From contig CAJYAI010000007.1 in assembly GCA_913064725.1 (NCBI GenBank), positions 9,723 through 73,722 on the forward strand: a DNA stretch of 64,000 bases. The letters run 5' to 3'. Numbering within the stretch: position 1 is the stretch's first letter; each line of letters starts with the position of its first letter. This DNA comes from an uncultured Alteromonadaceae bacterium. Its GTDB lineage: Bacteria > Pseudomonadota > Gammaproteobacteria > Pseudomonadales > Halieaceae. The notes under the pieces were generated by a model that saw nothing but the letters and a program-made list of their open reading frames with translations, had not been told where the DNA came from and did not search any database. Positions 19,097-30,049 of this stretch are shown piece after piece. A program made the translations under genes and the position numbers.

Positions 19097-22000
19097 ATGA
19101 AAGCGTCTCTCAACAAGCTTGCCGGAGCTGGCCTACCCGCCCTAGGGGTGAAACGTCCCTGGCTTGTAACCGTCATCAACCTGCTCATTGCCATCTCGGG
19201 ACTTGTCGCTATTTTCGCGATCGAAGTCAGAGAGCTACCGGATGTAGACGAGCCCGTTGTCAACGTGAGAGCCAGTCTGCCCGGTGCTTCACCTGAAACC
19301 ATGGATGCGGAAGTCACTCGGATTTTAGAAGGGGCTGTAGCCCGCGTCAGTGGTGTTAAAGAGGTCAACTCGAACAGTGAGGAGGGTAGCGCTCGGATTC
19401 GAGCCGTTTTCAACCCCAGCGCTAATGTCGATCGCGCAGCCGCAGATGTACGAGAGGCGGTCAGCCGAGTTCAGCGACAGCTGCCCGATAATGTAGAGCA
19501 ATTGGCAGTCTTCAAAGCGGACGAAGATGCCGAGGAAATTATGCGCATCGCTGTTTTGGCGGACGGTGTGTCTGAGCAAGATCTCGCAACGATTGTTGAG
19601 CGCGATGTCGTTCCCGCATTTATCTCGCTTGATGGTGTGGCTGATGTCCCGCTGTTCGGCTCTCGCCGTCAGATACTGCGAGTCGAGTTAGATCCGGGTC
19701 GTATGAGCACGTATGGGCTGACAGTCAGTGATATTCGTGCAGTTCTCGCTCAGGCACCGTTAGATGTTCCAGCTGGGAGCTTTAAAACCAGCGATCAAAC
19801 ACTCCTCGTCCGTGCTGATGCAGCGGTTGATTCGGAAGATGATATCGGCAACCTATTCGTCACAGATCAAGTTCGCCTCAGAGATGTTGCACGAATAGCC
19901 TACACACCCGACGATGCGACTTCGGTAGTTCGCCTCAATGGACAGCGAGTTCTCGGCGTCGGTGTAGTTCGTCAAGCCGGCTCAAATACCATTCAAATCT
20001 CCGAAGGTGCGCACAGAGCAGTTGCGCGTTTCAACGCGCAACGCGATGACATCAAGCTCCAGGTTATTTCCGACGAGGCCGTCTTCATCAACGGCGCCGT
20101 CACTGAGGTACTCCGCACACTGGCATTCGCGGTGCTGATTGTCATATTAACGATACGTGTTTTTTCAGGAAGTTGGCGCTTTACGCTCGTGCCCGCGGTT
20201 GCAATTCCCATCTCACTTCTCGGAACGATAGCGGCAAGTTGGGCGCTGGGCTTTTCAATCAATATCTTAACGTTGCTGGCCTTAGTCCTCGCAACCGGAC
20301 TTATTGTTGATGATGCGATTGTCGTTCTGGAAAGCGTTCAGCGACGGCAGCAGCGTGGCGAAGGCACGAGCGCTTCTGCCGTTCTGGGTACACAATCAGT
20401 ATTTTTCGCCGTCATTGCTACCACCATGGTGCTAGTTGCCGTCTTCGTACCTATCGCTTTTTTACCCGGCACGTCGGGCCGATTGTTCCGAGAATTCGGT
20501 CTGGTGCTGACTGTCGCAGTCGCCATTTCGTCATTTGTTGCTTTGTCGCTTGTACCCGCTCTAATGGCGCGTTTAGGCAAATCAACGACAGACACAACCC
20601 CTGAATATAGCCCAAATTATCTGCAACGTGCCTACGGCACGAGCCTTCGTCATGTACTAAACCACCCCATCCTATCGGTGTTGATACCCCTGGCGATTGC
20701 AGCCTCCGCAGCAAGTTTATACACCTCACTCGACAGCGAGCTTCTGCCCACGGAAGACCGCGGGAAGATCAACATGTTCGCTCGAGGGCCGGCCGGCGTC
20801 GGGCTCCCCTACACCGAACGCCAGTCTGATCAGATTGAGGCAATTTTCCAGCCCTATCTAGACTCGGGAGTAATAGAGAGCTTATACAGCGTAGCAGGAC
20901 GATGGGATCCCAATATTATTTACGTCGTCGGTACACTGAAACCCTGGAGCGAGCGCGACACATCTCAGCAGGAACTGGCTGCTGAAATTCAGCCACAACT
21001 CAATGAGCTACCCGGCGTTACCGGACGCGTTTACGGGAGTAACAGTTTGAATATGCGCGGCGGCTGGCGTGGTGGCATCCAATTTGTGCTCTTGGGCAGC
21101 GACTACGATGAGATTTACGCGGCAGCAAGGATCTATGCCGATGCGATTCGAGAGCGATTAAACAGTGTGGAAAACCCCCGCATTGATTACACGCCGTCAC
21201 AAGCTCAAGTCGCCATTCGCATTGACCGTGAACGGCTTGCCGATCTGAACGTCTCGATCGACGAACTGGCCCAAACACTGCGAGTCATGGTCGACGGCGT
21301 CAGAGTCGTTGATTTAAACGGTCGCGATCAGTCAATCCCAGTCGTGCTGAAAGCCGGCAGAAATCGTATTCAGGGACCCAATGACCTTGTGAACTTATTT
21401 GTTCGGTCCCAAACCGGTCAGCTGATTCCGCTTGCCTCGTTAGTGACGGTCGTTGAAGAAGGGGTACCGGATGAGCTGCGACGTCTGTACCAACGTCGCT
21501 CTATCAGCATTGATATGCAATCCGTAGACGGAGTCGCACTGCAAACGGCGGTCGATGACTTAACAGCCTTAGCCCAAGAGGTTGTACCACCTTCCATTAC
21601 GGTGGTTCCCGAGGGTGAAGCGGCACGTCTTGGCGAATCGCAACGGGACTCTTTTTACGCCTATGGCCTAGCGTTACTCATTGTATTTTTGGTGCTCGTC
21701 GCACAATTCGAGAGCCTAACATCAGCCCTGGTCATTATGACCATCGTGCCTTTTGGTCTCGCCGCAGCGATTTTTGCGCTCTTTATCACTGGCACGTCAT
21801 TGAATGTGTACTCGCAGGTGGGTCTTGTCATGCTTATCGGCTTGATCGCCAAAAACGGTATTTTGTTGGTAGAGTTTGCAGATCAACGTCGCGACGCCGG
21901 CGCTAACGTACGCGATGCTATTGAGGACGCGGCCAATATCCGTCTCAGACCCATTGCCATGACGCTCATCTCTACCGTTCTGGGCGCACTCCCTCTCATC

Positions 22001-22192
22001 TTGTCTTCTGGACCCGGCTCAGAAGCACGCGAAGCTGTTGGATGGGTCGTTTTTGGTGGCCTCGGTCTAACAGCTTTTTTTACTCTCTTTCTGACGCCTG
22101 TCATCTATCTTGCTATCGCTCGGTTCTCAAAGCCGCGTGCAGATGCTCGCATGAAACTTGAGCAGGAGCTTGATGCGGCTGCAGACCTGTAG
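19097..22192 (+). CDS. RND efflux permease (AcrB/HAE family)
   Basis: 1031 aa, 12-TM architecture with two large periplasmic loops. Follows the MFP gene by 18 nt. Confidence 0.9.
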   Translation: MKASLNKLAGAGLPALGVKRPWLVTVINLLIAISGLVAIFAIEVRELPDVDEPVVNVRASLPGASPETMDAEVTRILEGAVARVSGVKEVNSNSEEGSARIRAVFNPSANVDRAAADVREAVSRVQRQLPDNVEQLAVFKADEDAEEIMRIAVLADGVSEQDLATIVERDVVPAFISLDGVADVPLFGSRRQILRVELDPGRMSTYGLTVSDIRAVLAQAPLDVPAGSFKTSDQTLLVRADAAVDSEDDIGNLFVTDQVRLRDVARIAYTPDDATSVVRLNGQRVLGVGVVRQAGSNTIQISEGAHRAVARFNAQRDDIKLQVISDEAVFINGAVTEVLRTLAFAVLIVILTIRVFSGSWRFTLVPAVAIPISLLGTIAASWALGFSINILTLLALVLATGLIVDDAIVVLESVQRRQQRGEGTSASAVLGTQSVFFAVIATTMVLVAVFVPIAFLPGTSGRLFREFGLVLTVAVAISSFVALSLVPALMARLGKSTTDTTPEYSPNYLQRAYGTSLRHVLNHPILSVLIPLAIAASAASLYTSLDSELLPTEDRGKINMFARGPAGVGLPYTERQSDQIEAIFQPYLDSGVIESLYSVAGRWDPNIIYVVGTLKPWSERDTSQQELAAEIQPQLNELPGVTGRVYGSNSLNMRGGWRGGIQFVLLGSDYDEIYAAARIYADAIRERLNSVENPRIDYTPSQAQVAIRIDRERLADLNVSIDELAQTLRVMVDGVRVVDLNGRDQSIPVVLKAGRNRIQGPNDLVNLFVRSQTGQLIPLASLVTVVEEGVPDELRRLYQRRSISIDMQSVDGVALQTAVDDLTALAQEVVPPSITVVPEGEAARLGESQRDSFYAYGLALLIVFLVLVAQFESLTSALVIMTIVPFGLAAAIFALFITGTSLNVYSQVGLVMLIGLIAKNGILLVEFADQRRDAGANVRDAIEDAANIRLRPIAMTLISTVLGALPLILSSGPGSEAREAVGWVVFGGLGLTAFFTLFLTPVIYLAIARFSKPRADARMKLEQELDAAADL

Positions 22193-22212
22193 GGGCCGCT
22201 GAGCCTTAATTG

Positions 22213-22292
22213 CGCGCCCTTCGCACTTTCCCTTAGCCCTTAGCCCCTCGCACTCTCCCTTTGACCCTGGCCCCTCGCCCTTCGCGCCCGCG
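22213..22292. repeat. pyrimidine-rich degenerate repeat block
   Basis: gccc(t/c)tcgcact(t/c)tccctt occurs twice (22216-22234, 22243-22261). Shorter gccctt/gcccct units interleave and follow these, downstream of the RND permease stop. Confidence 0.75.
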
Positions 22293-22431
22293 TACCAACA
22301 CTCTCTCGTAGACTGCTTTGAATAGGTGGCGGCCCTACCTTAGTGATGATCCTCCATCCCAATGCACCGCCAATAGAGCGCGGTCACCTGTCTTTCCTCA
22401 GCAATTGTGCCACTATTAAAAAATAGGAGAT

Positions 22432-22977
22432 TTGACCCAAACACTACAACAGCAGACGAGGCAGCGAGTCGTGGCGACAATCAATATCAACGGTACTGAA
22501 CATTCCTTTAAGGACGTAGACCCCACCATGCCACTTTTATGGGCATTGCGAGATATCGCGGGTATGCAAGGGGTTAAATATGGCTGCGGGGTTGGCCAGT
22601 GCGGTGCCTGCACAGTGTGGCTTGACGGTATGGCAACTCGCTCCTGTCAACTCAAGGTGGGATCGCTCGATGGCCGCTCGGTAACAACAATCGAGGGATT
22701 ATCAAGCGGCTCTCTTCATCCCTTACAACAGGCTTGGATTGAGCATGATGTCGCCCAATGTGGTTACTGTCAGGCGGGGCAGATTATGTCCGCTGCCGCT
22801 TTGCTTGAGCGAAAGCCGCGACCGACAGATGACGACATCGACAATGCTATGGCAGGCAATCTATGCCGCTGTGGTACCTACGGTCGGATAAAGTCCGCCA
22901 TCAGGGCCGCCAGCGAAACGAAAATGGCGTCAGATCTGTTCTACGATGCGATGGAAGCTGCGGAGGTGTCAGCATGA
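22432..22977 (+). CDS. [2Fe-2S]-binding small subunit of an IorAB-type molybdenum hydroxylase
   Basis: Cys motifs [29 protein letters not shown] start next to AGGAGA. The exact start is uncertain. Confidence 0.85.
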   Translation: MTQTLQQQTRQRVVATININGTEHSFKDVDPTMPLLWALRDIAGMQGVKYGCGVGQCGACTVWLDGMATRSCQLKVGSLDGRSVTTIEGLSSGSLHPLQQAWIEHDVAQCGYCQAGQIMSAAALLERKPRPTDDDIDNAMAGNLCRCGTYGRIKSAIRAASETKMASDLFYDAMEAAEVSA

Positions 22978-25184
22978 ACAAGCCGCAGAATACTATCGCC
23001 AGCACCGATCGTCGTGATTTTTTGAAGGTCTCATTGGGTCTTGCTCTGACCTCGACAGGCAGCGTTTCCATGATGTCATTTGCATCAGCCACCGCGTCTG
23101 GCTCACTCAATGCCTACGTTCACATTGACACCGATGGCAGCATCACAATTTTCGGCCCAAACCCGGAAGTTGGTCAGGGCGTCAACACCTCACTACCAAT
23201 GATCGTAGCTGAGGAGTTAGACGCCTCCTGGGATGATGTCGTCTGTAAAGCGGCCCCTGTGGCGCAGCAGTACGGTATGCAATTCGCCGGTGGCTCTCTT
23301 TCCATCCCGATGCGGTGGGACGAGATGCGAAAAGTAGGGGCGATAGCTCGAGATATGCTGTGCCAAGCGGCCGCAAAAGACTGGGAAGTCCCCAAGGACC
23401 AACTGGTCACCAATAGGTCCGTAGTCAGCCACCCGCCAACCGGCAGGCAAGCGCCCTACAGTGATCTCGTAGCAGCTGCGTCGTTACTTCCTGTTCCCGC
23501 ACAAGACACAATTAGTTTGAAGACTCCCGATCAGTATCGTCTTCTCGGTAAGCGTGTACCCAATGCATCGGCACAGGACATTGCCACAGGAAAACCCATT
23601 TTCGGCATCGATGCGTCGACACCCGGGATGGTGTACGCCAGTTTTGTAAAGTGTCCGGCTATTGGCGGTGTTGCCAAGTCCGCCAATTTGACCGCCGTCA
23701 AATCGCTCCCCGGCGTGATTGATGCCTTCATCGTCGACGGCACCCCTGGCCCCTATAACTTTGATATCCGGGAATCTTTTGCCGTTCAAAGTGGCGTCGC
23801 TATCGTCGCTAAAAATACCTGGGCTGCCTTTAAGGCCCGAGATTCTCTCGAAGTTCAGTGGGACCTTTCATCGGCCTCAACCGATGACTCCGACGTCATC
23901 GAGGCACAAGCACTCGCGGCGCTTGCTTCCGAAAAAATGCAGTCTGAGATCGAGCGCACTGGCGACGTCGATACCGCATTTGCGACAGCGTCACTCACGG
24001 TCGACGCAACCTACTCCACTGACTTTGTGTCACATGCCCAGCTAGAACCTCAAGGCGTACTGGTTTCTGCGGCAACTGCCGATGTGCAGGTGTGGACCAG
24101 CAGTCAAACGCCCGTCTTTATCACCCAAAATCTATCAAAATTGTTAGACGTAACACCCGAGAGCATTACGGTTCACCAGCTTCGCGGTGGAGGTGGCTTT
24201 GGTCGTCGCTTGTCTAACGAATACGTTTTCGAAGCGGCTCTCATCTCTCGCCGTATCGGTGCGCCTGTTAAACTCCAGTGGAAACGCGAAGACGACATGG
24301 CTTTCGACTATTTTCGAGCGCCCACCTACTATCGCCTGCAAGGAGCGATAGACCGTAATGGCAAACTAACTGGCTGGAAAAATCTCGTTGCGGCAGCGTC
24401 CGCCGACGGTGAAAAAGCCAACTACGGTGCCGGTTATCGCGCCTTTGATTTCCCTGGAAAAGTCATTCCAAATGTTGCCATTGGACAGAGCTTTGTGCCG
24501 TCTAAAACGCCAACGGGCGCATGGCGCGCACCCATCTCAAACGTCTACGCTTTTGCAGAGCAGTCATTTATTGCCGAAATGGCCCACAACGCAGATCAGG
24601 ATCACCGTGACTTTTTGCTCGATGCTATTGGCGACCAAGGCTGGATCAAAGAGGGGGACATGGCCAGCCTGAACACGGAGCGAGCGCGCGCAGTTATAGA
24701 GACGGCAACAAAGGCGGCAGGATGGGGTCGCAAATTGGCCGAAGGTCGAGGCTTAGGACTGGCATTTTTCCTGAGCCATTCAGGCCACATCGCTGAAGTT
24801 GCTGAGGTAAGCGTTGAAGGTAAACGCATCACGGTACACGATGTATGGGTGGCAGCCGATGTGGGACAGGTCGTCAATCTCTCGGGGCTTGAAAATCAAC
24901 TGCAAGGATCGGTCGTGGATGGTCTAAGCACCATGGCTGCACAAACTATTACCATCAAAAATGGTGCGATCGTCCAGAGCAACTATGACCAATATCCTTT
25001 GCTCCGCATGCCGCAAAGTCCTCGTGTGCATGTCGAAGTCGTTGACTCGGGGTACCGCCCTACCGGCGCCGGCGAACCAGCACTGCCGCCACTGGCACCC
25101 GCTGTGTGTAACGCAGTCTTCAATGCCTGTGGTGAGCGCATAAGAGCACTGCCAATCAGTAAAGCCGGCTTTACTATCGTTTAA
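22974..25184 (+). CDS. Tat-exported molybdopterin-binding large subunit (IorB / aldehyde oxidase-xanthine dehydrogenase family)
   Basis: Start at ATG 22974 (ATGA overlap) gives the twin-arginine signal TDRRDFLKV. Conserved GGGFGRR motif. Confidence 0.85.
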   Translation: MNKPQNTIASTDRRDFLKVSLGLALTSTGSVSMMSFASATASGSLNAYVHIDTDGSITIFGPNPEVGQGVNTSLPMIVAEELDASWDDVVCKAAPVAQQYGMQFAGGSLSIPMRWDEMRKVGAIARDMLCQAAAKDWEVPKDQLVTNRSVVSHPPTGRQAPYSDLVAAASLLPVPAQDTISLKTPDQYRLLGKRVPNASAQDIATGKPIFGIDASTPGMVYASFVKCPAIGGVAKSANLTAVKSLPGVIDAFIVDGTPGPYNFDIRESFAVQSGVAIVAKNTWAAFKARDSLEVQWDLSSASTDDSDVIEAQALAALASEKMQSEIERTGDVDTAFATASLTVDATYSTDFVSHAQLEPQGVLVSAATADVQVWTSSQTPVFITQNLSKLLDVTPESITVHQLRGGGGFGRRLSNEYVFEAALISRRIGAPVKLQWKREDDMAFDYFRAPTYYRLQGAIDRNGKLTGWKNLVAAASADGEKANYGAGYRAFDFPGKVIPNVAIGQSFVPSKTPTGAWRAPISNVYAFAEQSFIAEMAHNADQDHRDFLLDAIGDQGWIKEGDMASLNTERARAVIETATKAAGWGRKLAEGRGLGLAFFLSHSGHIAEVAEVSVEGKRITVHDVWVAADVGQVVNLSGLENQLQGSVVDGLSTMAAQTITIKNGAIVQSNYDQYPLLRMPQSPRVHVEVVDSGYRPTGAGEPALPPLAPAVCNAVFNACGERIRALPISKAGFTIV

Positions 25185-25221
25185 CACTGCTCTCGACTGA
25201 GAAAGCCCGCGAACATAAAAA

Positions 25222-25241
25222 AAGCCCCCAATTGGGGGCTT
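25222..25241. terminator. bidirectional rho-independent terminator between the two convergent Mo-hydroxylase operons
   Basis: AAGCCCCC-AATT-GGGGGCTT hairpin, flanked by an A-run upstream and a T-run downstream. Confidence 0.8.
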
Positions 25242-25268
25242 TTCATTTCCGAGCCGGTAATTGATTTA

Positions 25269-27545
25269 TCAGGCACCCACCGCGGCAACGGATGGCGAGG
25301 CTTCCGCATCACTTCGAAGATCAGCCTTAATAACCGGCAAAGTTCTCACACGCTTGCCCGTAGCATCGAAAATAGCGTTGGCCAAAGCAGGTGCTACACC
25401 GGGCGTACCGGGCTCACCCGCCCCACCCATGGCAGCGCCACTATTGATGATATGCGTCTCCATGACGGGAGCATCGTGCATGCGAATCGCGTCGTAATCG
25501 GCAAAACTGCTCTGAGCTACCGCACCCTGTTCAATGGTGATCTCTCCGTACATCGCTGCGCTTAAGCCATAAATAATGCCCGACTCTATTTGCGCTTTCA
25601 TACCATCAGGTGAAACTGCATAGCCCGCGTCTATAACAGCGACGACACGATCCACCCAGGTTTTGCCGCCCGAGACGGTGACTTCGACAACCTGACCGAC
25701 AATCGAGCCAAATGACTCTTGCAACGAGATACCGCGCCCGCGACCTTCTTCCATTGGACGACCCCAATTGGCTTCCTGAGCAACTCGATTGAGGACAGCC
25801 AACAGCCGTGGTTTATCCTTGAGCATCTCAGCACGAAATTCGTAAGGATCACGTCCTGCCGCGTGGGCAGCCTCGTCGATAAATGACTCCGTAAAAAAGC
25901 CATGCTGTGAGTGATCTACGCTCCGCCACGCACCAAACGGCACATGCGTCGGGCTTGCGACATGGCCAATATCTTGTGTCGGTACTGCGTAGGGAATGAG
26001 TGGCGCCTCAGCGGGCTCATGCTTATCAACGTACGTATTTTGCCAGGCAATCAACTTACCGTCGGCGTCTAACCCCGCCTTGAATCGACTTTGAACCGCT
26101 GGGCGATAAAAGTCCTGTTTGATGTCCTCAGCACGCGAGTAAACCATCTGAACAGGTCTGCCTACTCGGCGAGCAATGATCGCAGTCTGCAACGCGTAGT
26201 CAGCATTACTCTTGCGACCAAAACCACCGCCCATGAAGTAGTTATGCAATGTCACCTGCTCCAAATCGAGCCCAAGGTTAGCGGCGAGATGTTGCCGGAA
26301 TCCCAGGGGGTTCTGACACCCAATCCAGATCTCTGCTCGATCCGCTGTGACCTCGGCTGTTGCATTCGGCGGTTCCATGCAGGTGTGTGCGAGGTAAGGC
26401 ACCCGGTAATCAGCTGTCAGCAGGGTTGTCGCGCTATCAAACGCAGCATCAGCATCGCCTGAGGCGACATCGACTAGGCGATTAACCCCTGCTGTGATGT
26501 CGCGGTCAAACTGCTCAAAGATAGATGCACTGGAGACTTGTTCCTTACCCTTCGTGCTCCACTCAAGCTCGAGTACTGCAAGCGCCTTCTCTGCCCGCCA
26601 ATAGCTGTCCGCGACAACCGCGACAGAATCTCCCGCGCTGTATGCACCCAGCATGCCAGATGCTTTCAGGGCATCGATCTTGATGACATCGATGACGCCC
26701 GACATTGCCCTCGCTTTACTGTCGTCAAGCCTTAGAAGCGTGCCACCTGCAACAGGCGTCCGTCTGATCGCCGCGTAGACCATACCGGGACGTTTGACGT
26801 CCATCGCGAACATCGCAGTGCCATCGACCTTGGAGGGAATGTCATGACGCGGCTTACTCTGTCCCATCACAGTGAACTGACCGGCCTTTTTAAGCTTTGG
26901 CGTTGATGACGGTGTGACCCTCGCTGCGGCAGCCGCGAATTCTGAGTAAGGTGCGCTTCGCCCGGATGTGTCGTGGTAAAGCCTACTATTAGCGGTACGA
27001 ATCTCATCTTGGGGTACGCCCCACGCCTTGGACGCTGCGTTAACCAGCATTTCTCGAACAGCAGCGCCCGCGGCACGGATAAAATACTGCCCGGTTGACC
27101 GTATACTCATACTTCCGCCCGTAATCTGCATGCCCAATGCGTCGGCTAGCTTTAAAACCAATCCATCGACGGTTGGAACGACCGCGTCAGGGAAGTTCAC
27201 GCCTGCAAATAAATAACCCCTGCCCAATGCCATATTGGCGTAGGCGCCATCGGCTGGTGCTTCCTCAAAGCGCATGAGATCCCAATCGGCATCGAGCTCT
27301 TCAGCAAGCATCTGTGTCAACGCAGTCTGGGCACCCTGACCCATTTCAGAGTGAGGCAAAATAGCAGTCGCGCGATTTTGATCGTCTATTTTGAGATAGA
27401 TGTGCAGCAGGTTTTCGCCTTTGCCCGTAACCAAGTGGCCTGCTGTTTCGGTTGGGTTGCCTGGGCGCACAGCGATTCCAATGACCAAGCCTGTACCGCC
27501 AACAACACCTGCAGATAAAACACCGCGTCTAGTCCACTTACCCAT
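25269..27545 (-). CDS. second Tat-exported molybdopterin-binding large subunit (IorB-like paralog)
   Basis: Start at ATG complement 27545 gives [13 protein letters not shown] (twin-arginine). GGGFGRK motif. Overlaps the upstream small-subunit stop by 8 nt. Confidence 0.85.
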   Translation of the reverse strand: MGKWTRRGVLSAGVVGGTGLVIGIAVRPGNPTETAGHLVTGKGENLLHIYLKIDDQNRATAILPHSEMGQGAQTALTQMLAEELDADWDLMRFEEAPADGAYANMALGRGYLFAGVNFPDAVVPTVDGLVLKLADALGMQITGGSMSIRSTGQYFIRAAGAAVREMLVNAASKAWGVPQDEIRTANSRLYHDTSGRSAPYSEFAAAAARVTPSSTPKLKKAGQFTVMGQSKPRHDIPSKVDGTAMFAMDVKRPGMVYAAIRRTPVAGGTLLRLDDSKARAMSGVIDVIKIDALKASGMLGAYSAGDSVAVVADSYWRAEKALAVLELEWSTKGKEQVSSASIFEQFDRDITAGVNRLVDVASGDADAAFDSATTLLTADYRVPYLAHTCMEPPNATAEVTADRAEIWIGCQNPLGFRQHLAANLGLDLEQVTLHNYFMGGGFGRKSNADYALQTAIIARRVGRPVQMVYSRAEDIKQDFYRPAVQSRFKAGLDADGKLIAWQNTYVDKHEPAEAPLIPYAVPTQDIGHVASPTHVPFGAWRSVDHSQHGFFTESFIDEAAHAAGRDPYEFRAEMLKDKPRLLAVLNRVAQEANWGRPMEEGRGRGISLQESFGSIVGQVVEVTVSGGKTWVDRVVAVIDAGYAVSPDGMKAQIESGIIYGLSAAMYGEITIEQGAVAQSSFADYDAIRMHDAPVMETHIINSGAAMGGAGEPGTPGVAPALANAIFDATGKRVRTLPVIKADLRSDAEASPSVAAVGA

Positions 27546-28029
27546 TCTGATTTCCCTCCATCGCATCGTAGAAGGACGCATCAGCAACCTGTTTTATCGC
27601 TGATCGAATTCGCCCATACATGCCACAGCGGCAAACATTGCCTCGCATCGCATTGTCGATATCGCTGTCGGAAGGACTCGGGTTTTCTGCTAATAAAGCG
27701 GCAGCTGACATAAGTTGGCCCGACTGACAGTACCCACATTGGGGAACCTGCTGATCGATCCATGCCTGCTGAAGCGCATGAAGCGTTCCGTCAGCGCCTT
27801 TCAAACCCTCAATCGTCGTTACGCTCGCGCCCTCCAACGAGGAAACCGGCGTAATACACGAGCGCTGTGCACGCCCATTCACATGAATTGTGCATGCACC
27901 ACATTGCGCCATACCGCATCCAAATTTTGTGCCGGTTAGGTCGAGTTGTTCTCGAATGACCCATAGCGCAGGTGTTTCTGGATCAGTATTAACTGTCCTT
28001 ACCTCACCATTGAGTGTAAATGTTGTCAT
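27538..28029 (-). CDS. second [2Fe-2S]-binding small subunit (IorA-like paralog)
   Basis: [20 protein letters not shown] and CRCGMY motifs. Confidence 0.85.
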   Translation of the reverse strand: MTTFTLNGEVRTVNTDPETPALWVIREQLDLTGTKFGCGMAQCGACTIHVNGRAQRSCITPVSSLEGASVTTIEGLKGADGTLHALQQAWIDQQVPQCGYCQSGQLMSAAALLAENPSPSDSDIDNAMRGNVCRCGMYGRIRSAIKQVADASFYDAMEGNQNG

Positions 28030-28142
28030 CAGCTATCCCTCGGTGTTTAAGCGCTCAAAAAAGCGCTCCGTCGCCAGTGTTATGATCAAAGCTCGCGCTT
28101 ATTGCTCAAGAATACGACTACCCAGATCGACGAAAAAAAAGC

Positions 28143-28201
28143 GTCAACATACTACTGTTGACTCATGGTCAGTAAATTTAATGACTGGCGGTCATTTGTC
28201 A
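28143..28201. promoter_or_regulatory. candidate operator cluster in the divergent iorA2 / tetR promoter region
   Basis: Six GTCA/TGAC tetramers in 59 bp. They include the inverted repeats TGAC-N5-GTCA (28159-28171) and ATGAC-N5-GTCAT (28181-28195), 25 nt upstream of the tetR ATG. Confidence 0.45.
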
Positions 28202-28220
28202 AGCGAGTTATCATCAATTC

Positions 28221-28880
28221 ATGAGTAGAAACATCACGCAGCTTAAACGCGCACTAACGCCGGAACAGAAAAGCGATCGACGGGATACGCTCCTCGTTAC
28301 CGCAAAAACTCTCTTTATGGACGCGGGCTACGAGGGTTTCTCAATGGGGCTCTTGTCCAAGCGCGCCGGCGTCGCGAAAGGTACGTTGTACCTCTACTTC
28401 GGCACCAAGGAAGAGGTATTGCTATCCCTCTACAGCCTAGAATTGGAACGATTTTGCAGTGAACTGACTGCTGGCATTTCTTCGGTAATGACGGATGCAG
28501 AGTTTATTTCGCGCATTTACGAAACCAGTGTTTCTGACCCACTATTTCTAGCACTACATGCGAGACTAGGGACTGTTATCGAGCAAAATATTTCGGTCGA
28601 TGCACTGATCATTTCGAAGCGCGCCATGGCGAAACAGTTCCACGCAATGGTTAACCAGCTCTCAGGCCCCCTCAACCTAAACTCCGAGCAGACGCTTTCC
28701 GCACTCAGTGGCATCTCTGCACTACTCACAGGGTCCTTCGATGGCGCCTCAAGGCAAGCCTTTGAAGGTGAGAACATACCAGAAGATGTAGCGAGCTTTA
28801 TGGGGCATTTCGACCTGAAGACACGTTTTGAAAAAAGTGCCGGCTATATCCTCCAGGGTATTCGCGCTTCCCGCTGCTGA
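28221..28880 (+). CDS. TetR/AcrR family transcriptional regulator
   Basis: N-terminal HTH FSMGLLSKRAGVAKGTLYLYFGTKEEVL. Confidence 0.8.
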   Translation: MSRNITQLKRALTPEQKSDRRDTLLVTAKTLFMDAGYEGFSMGLLSKRAGVAKGTLYLYFGTKEEVLLSLYSLELERFCSELTAGISSVMTDAEFISRIYETSVSDPLFLALHARLGTVIEQNISVDALIISKRAMAKQFHAMVNQLSGPLNLNSEQTLSALSGISALLTGSFDGASRQAFEGENIPEDVASFMGHFDLKTRFEKSAGYILQGIRASRC

Positions 28881-29014
28881 TTGACTCCGAAAGTGCTGCC
28901 CATCGTGCGCATCGAAACTGTTTCTTTTAAAGTGTGATTCATGAACTCCACAAATCGTTCTCAATATCGATCTAACATGTCACCGAGGGTCTCGGGACGC
29001 AAAGGTTTCAAAAC

Positions 29015-30049
29015 ATGACCATGCAATTGTCGGCAATGCTGTCGTCATGGGTGCTGAAACGAGATAACGAGGACTGGGTACTCGGAACCGTCTTCAAAAC
29101 CGAAGGTTCAAGCTACCGAAAACCTGGTGCAATGAGTCTTATCAGCTCAGGCGGCGAGCAGTTGGGCCTATTAAGCGGTGGCTGTTTGGAGGCCGACATT
29201 AGGCTCAATGCTCGCAAAGTTATGGCATCGGGCATTCCTGTTTGTATTCGTTACGATGGCGACGACGAAGACGATTTGTCTTATCGCTTGGGCATCGGCT
29301 GTGGCGGCGTTGTTTACGTGTTACTTGAACTCGTAAACGCTGAGAACAACTACCAAGGCTTACTCGAGATTCAAGCGAACCTGACCCAGAGGCAAAGCGG
29401 GCGATTACGGCAGCATATTCCTCACCCGGGAATGAAATCGCTTCCAAGTGAATTTGCCGCGGATGCAGTGCTGACACGCAAGCGGGCAAAAAGTGTTCTG
29501 CAAGAGACTCAGGGGGAAACCTGGCTTAGCTCACACATCACACCAGCTCCTCACCTTTTGGTGGCGGGTGGCGGTATTGATGCCCAACCTGTAGTCATGC
29601 TGGCAAAACAATTGGGCTGGGAAACCACCGTCTGGGACCCTCGCCCTGCCAACGCCCGCGATGAGTTTTTCTATATGGCCGATTACCGACTTAGGTGCGC
29701 GGTAGAAGAATTATCCGGCTGGACTACTGACAACGCCATCAATGCGGCGATGGTGATGACCCACAGCGTACCTATGGATGCCGAAGCACTTCGCGCACTG
29801 CAGGGACTGAATTTAGATTATGTTGGCCTTCTTGGCCCTCAGCATCGCCGACAGGAGGTATTTGAAGAAGCCGGGATTGATGATGCTGACTTTACACCGT
29901 CCGTCGATGGGCCAGCGGGTTTTGACATTGGCGGAGAGCTGCCGGAGAGCATTGCCTTATCCGTACTCGCAAAATGTCATGCGGCCATTTTTGGTCCGGC
30001 GTCGGTTACTGACCTTCCTTTGAACGAGCCATCGAGCAGGAATGTCTAG
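29015..30049 (+). CDS. XdhC/CoxI family molybdenum-hydroxylase maturation protein
   Basis: 344 aa. N-terminal XdhC domain and Rossmann-like LLVAGGGIDAQPV segment. Confidence 0.75.
   Translation: MTMQLSAMLSSWVLKRDNEDWVLGTVFKTEGSSYRKPGAMSLISSGGEQLGLLSGGCLEADIRLNARKVMASGIPVCIRYDGDDEDDLSYRLGIGCGGVVYVLLELVNAENNYQGLLEIQANLTQRQSGRLRQHIPHPGMKSLPSEFAADAVLTRKRAKSVLQETQGETWLSSHITPAPHLLVAGGGIDAQPVVMLAKQLGWETTVWDPRPANARDEFFYMADYRLRCAVEELSGWTTDNAINAAMVMTHSVPMDAEALRALQGLNLDYVGLLGPQHRRQEVFEEAGIDDADFTPSVDGPAGFDIGGELPESIALSVLAKCHAAIFGPASVTDLPLNEPSSRNV

Noticed and set aside
22863-27587. Longer N-terminal extensions of the two molybdopterin subunits given by the ORF track (starts 22863 and 27587)
   Set aside because: Internal ATGs at 22974 and 27545 give canonical twin-arginine signals at the N-terminus and overlap the upstream stop codons. 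The extensions would bury the Tat signal.
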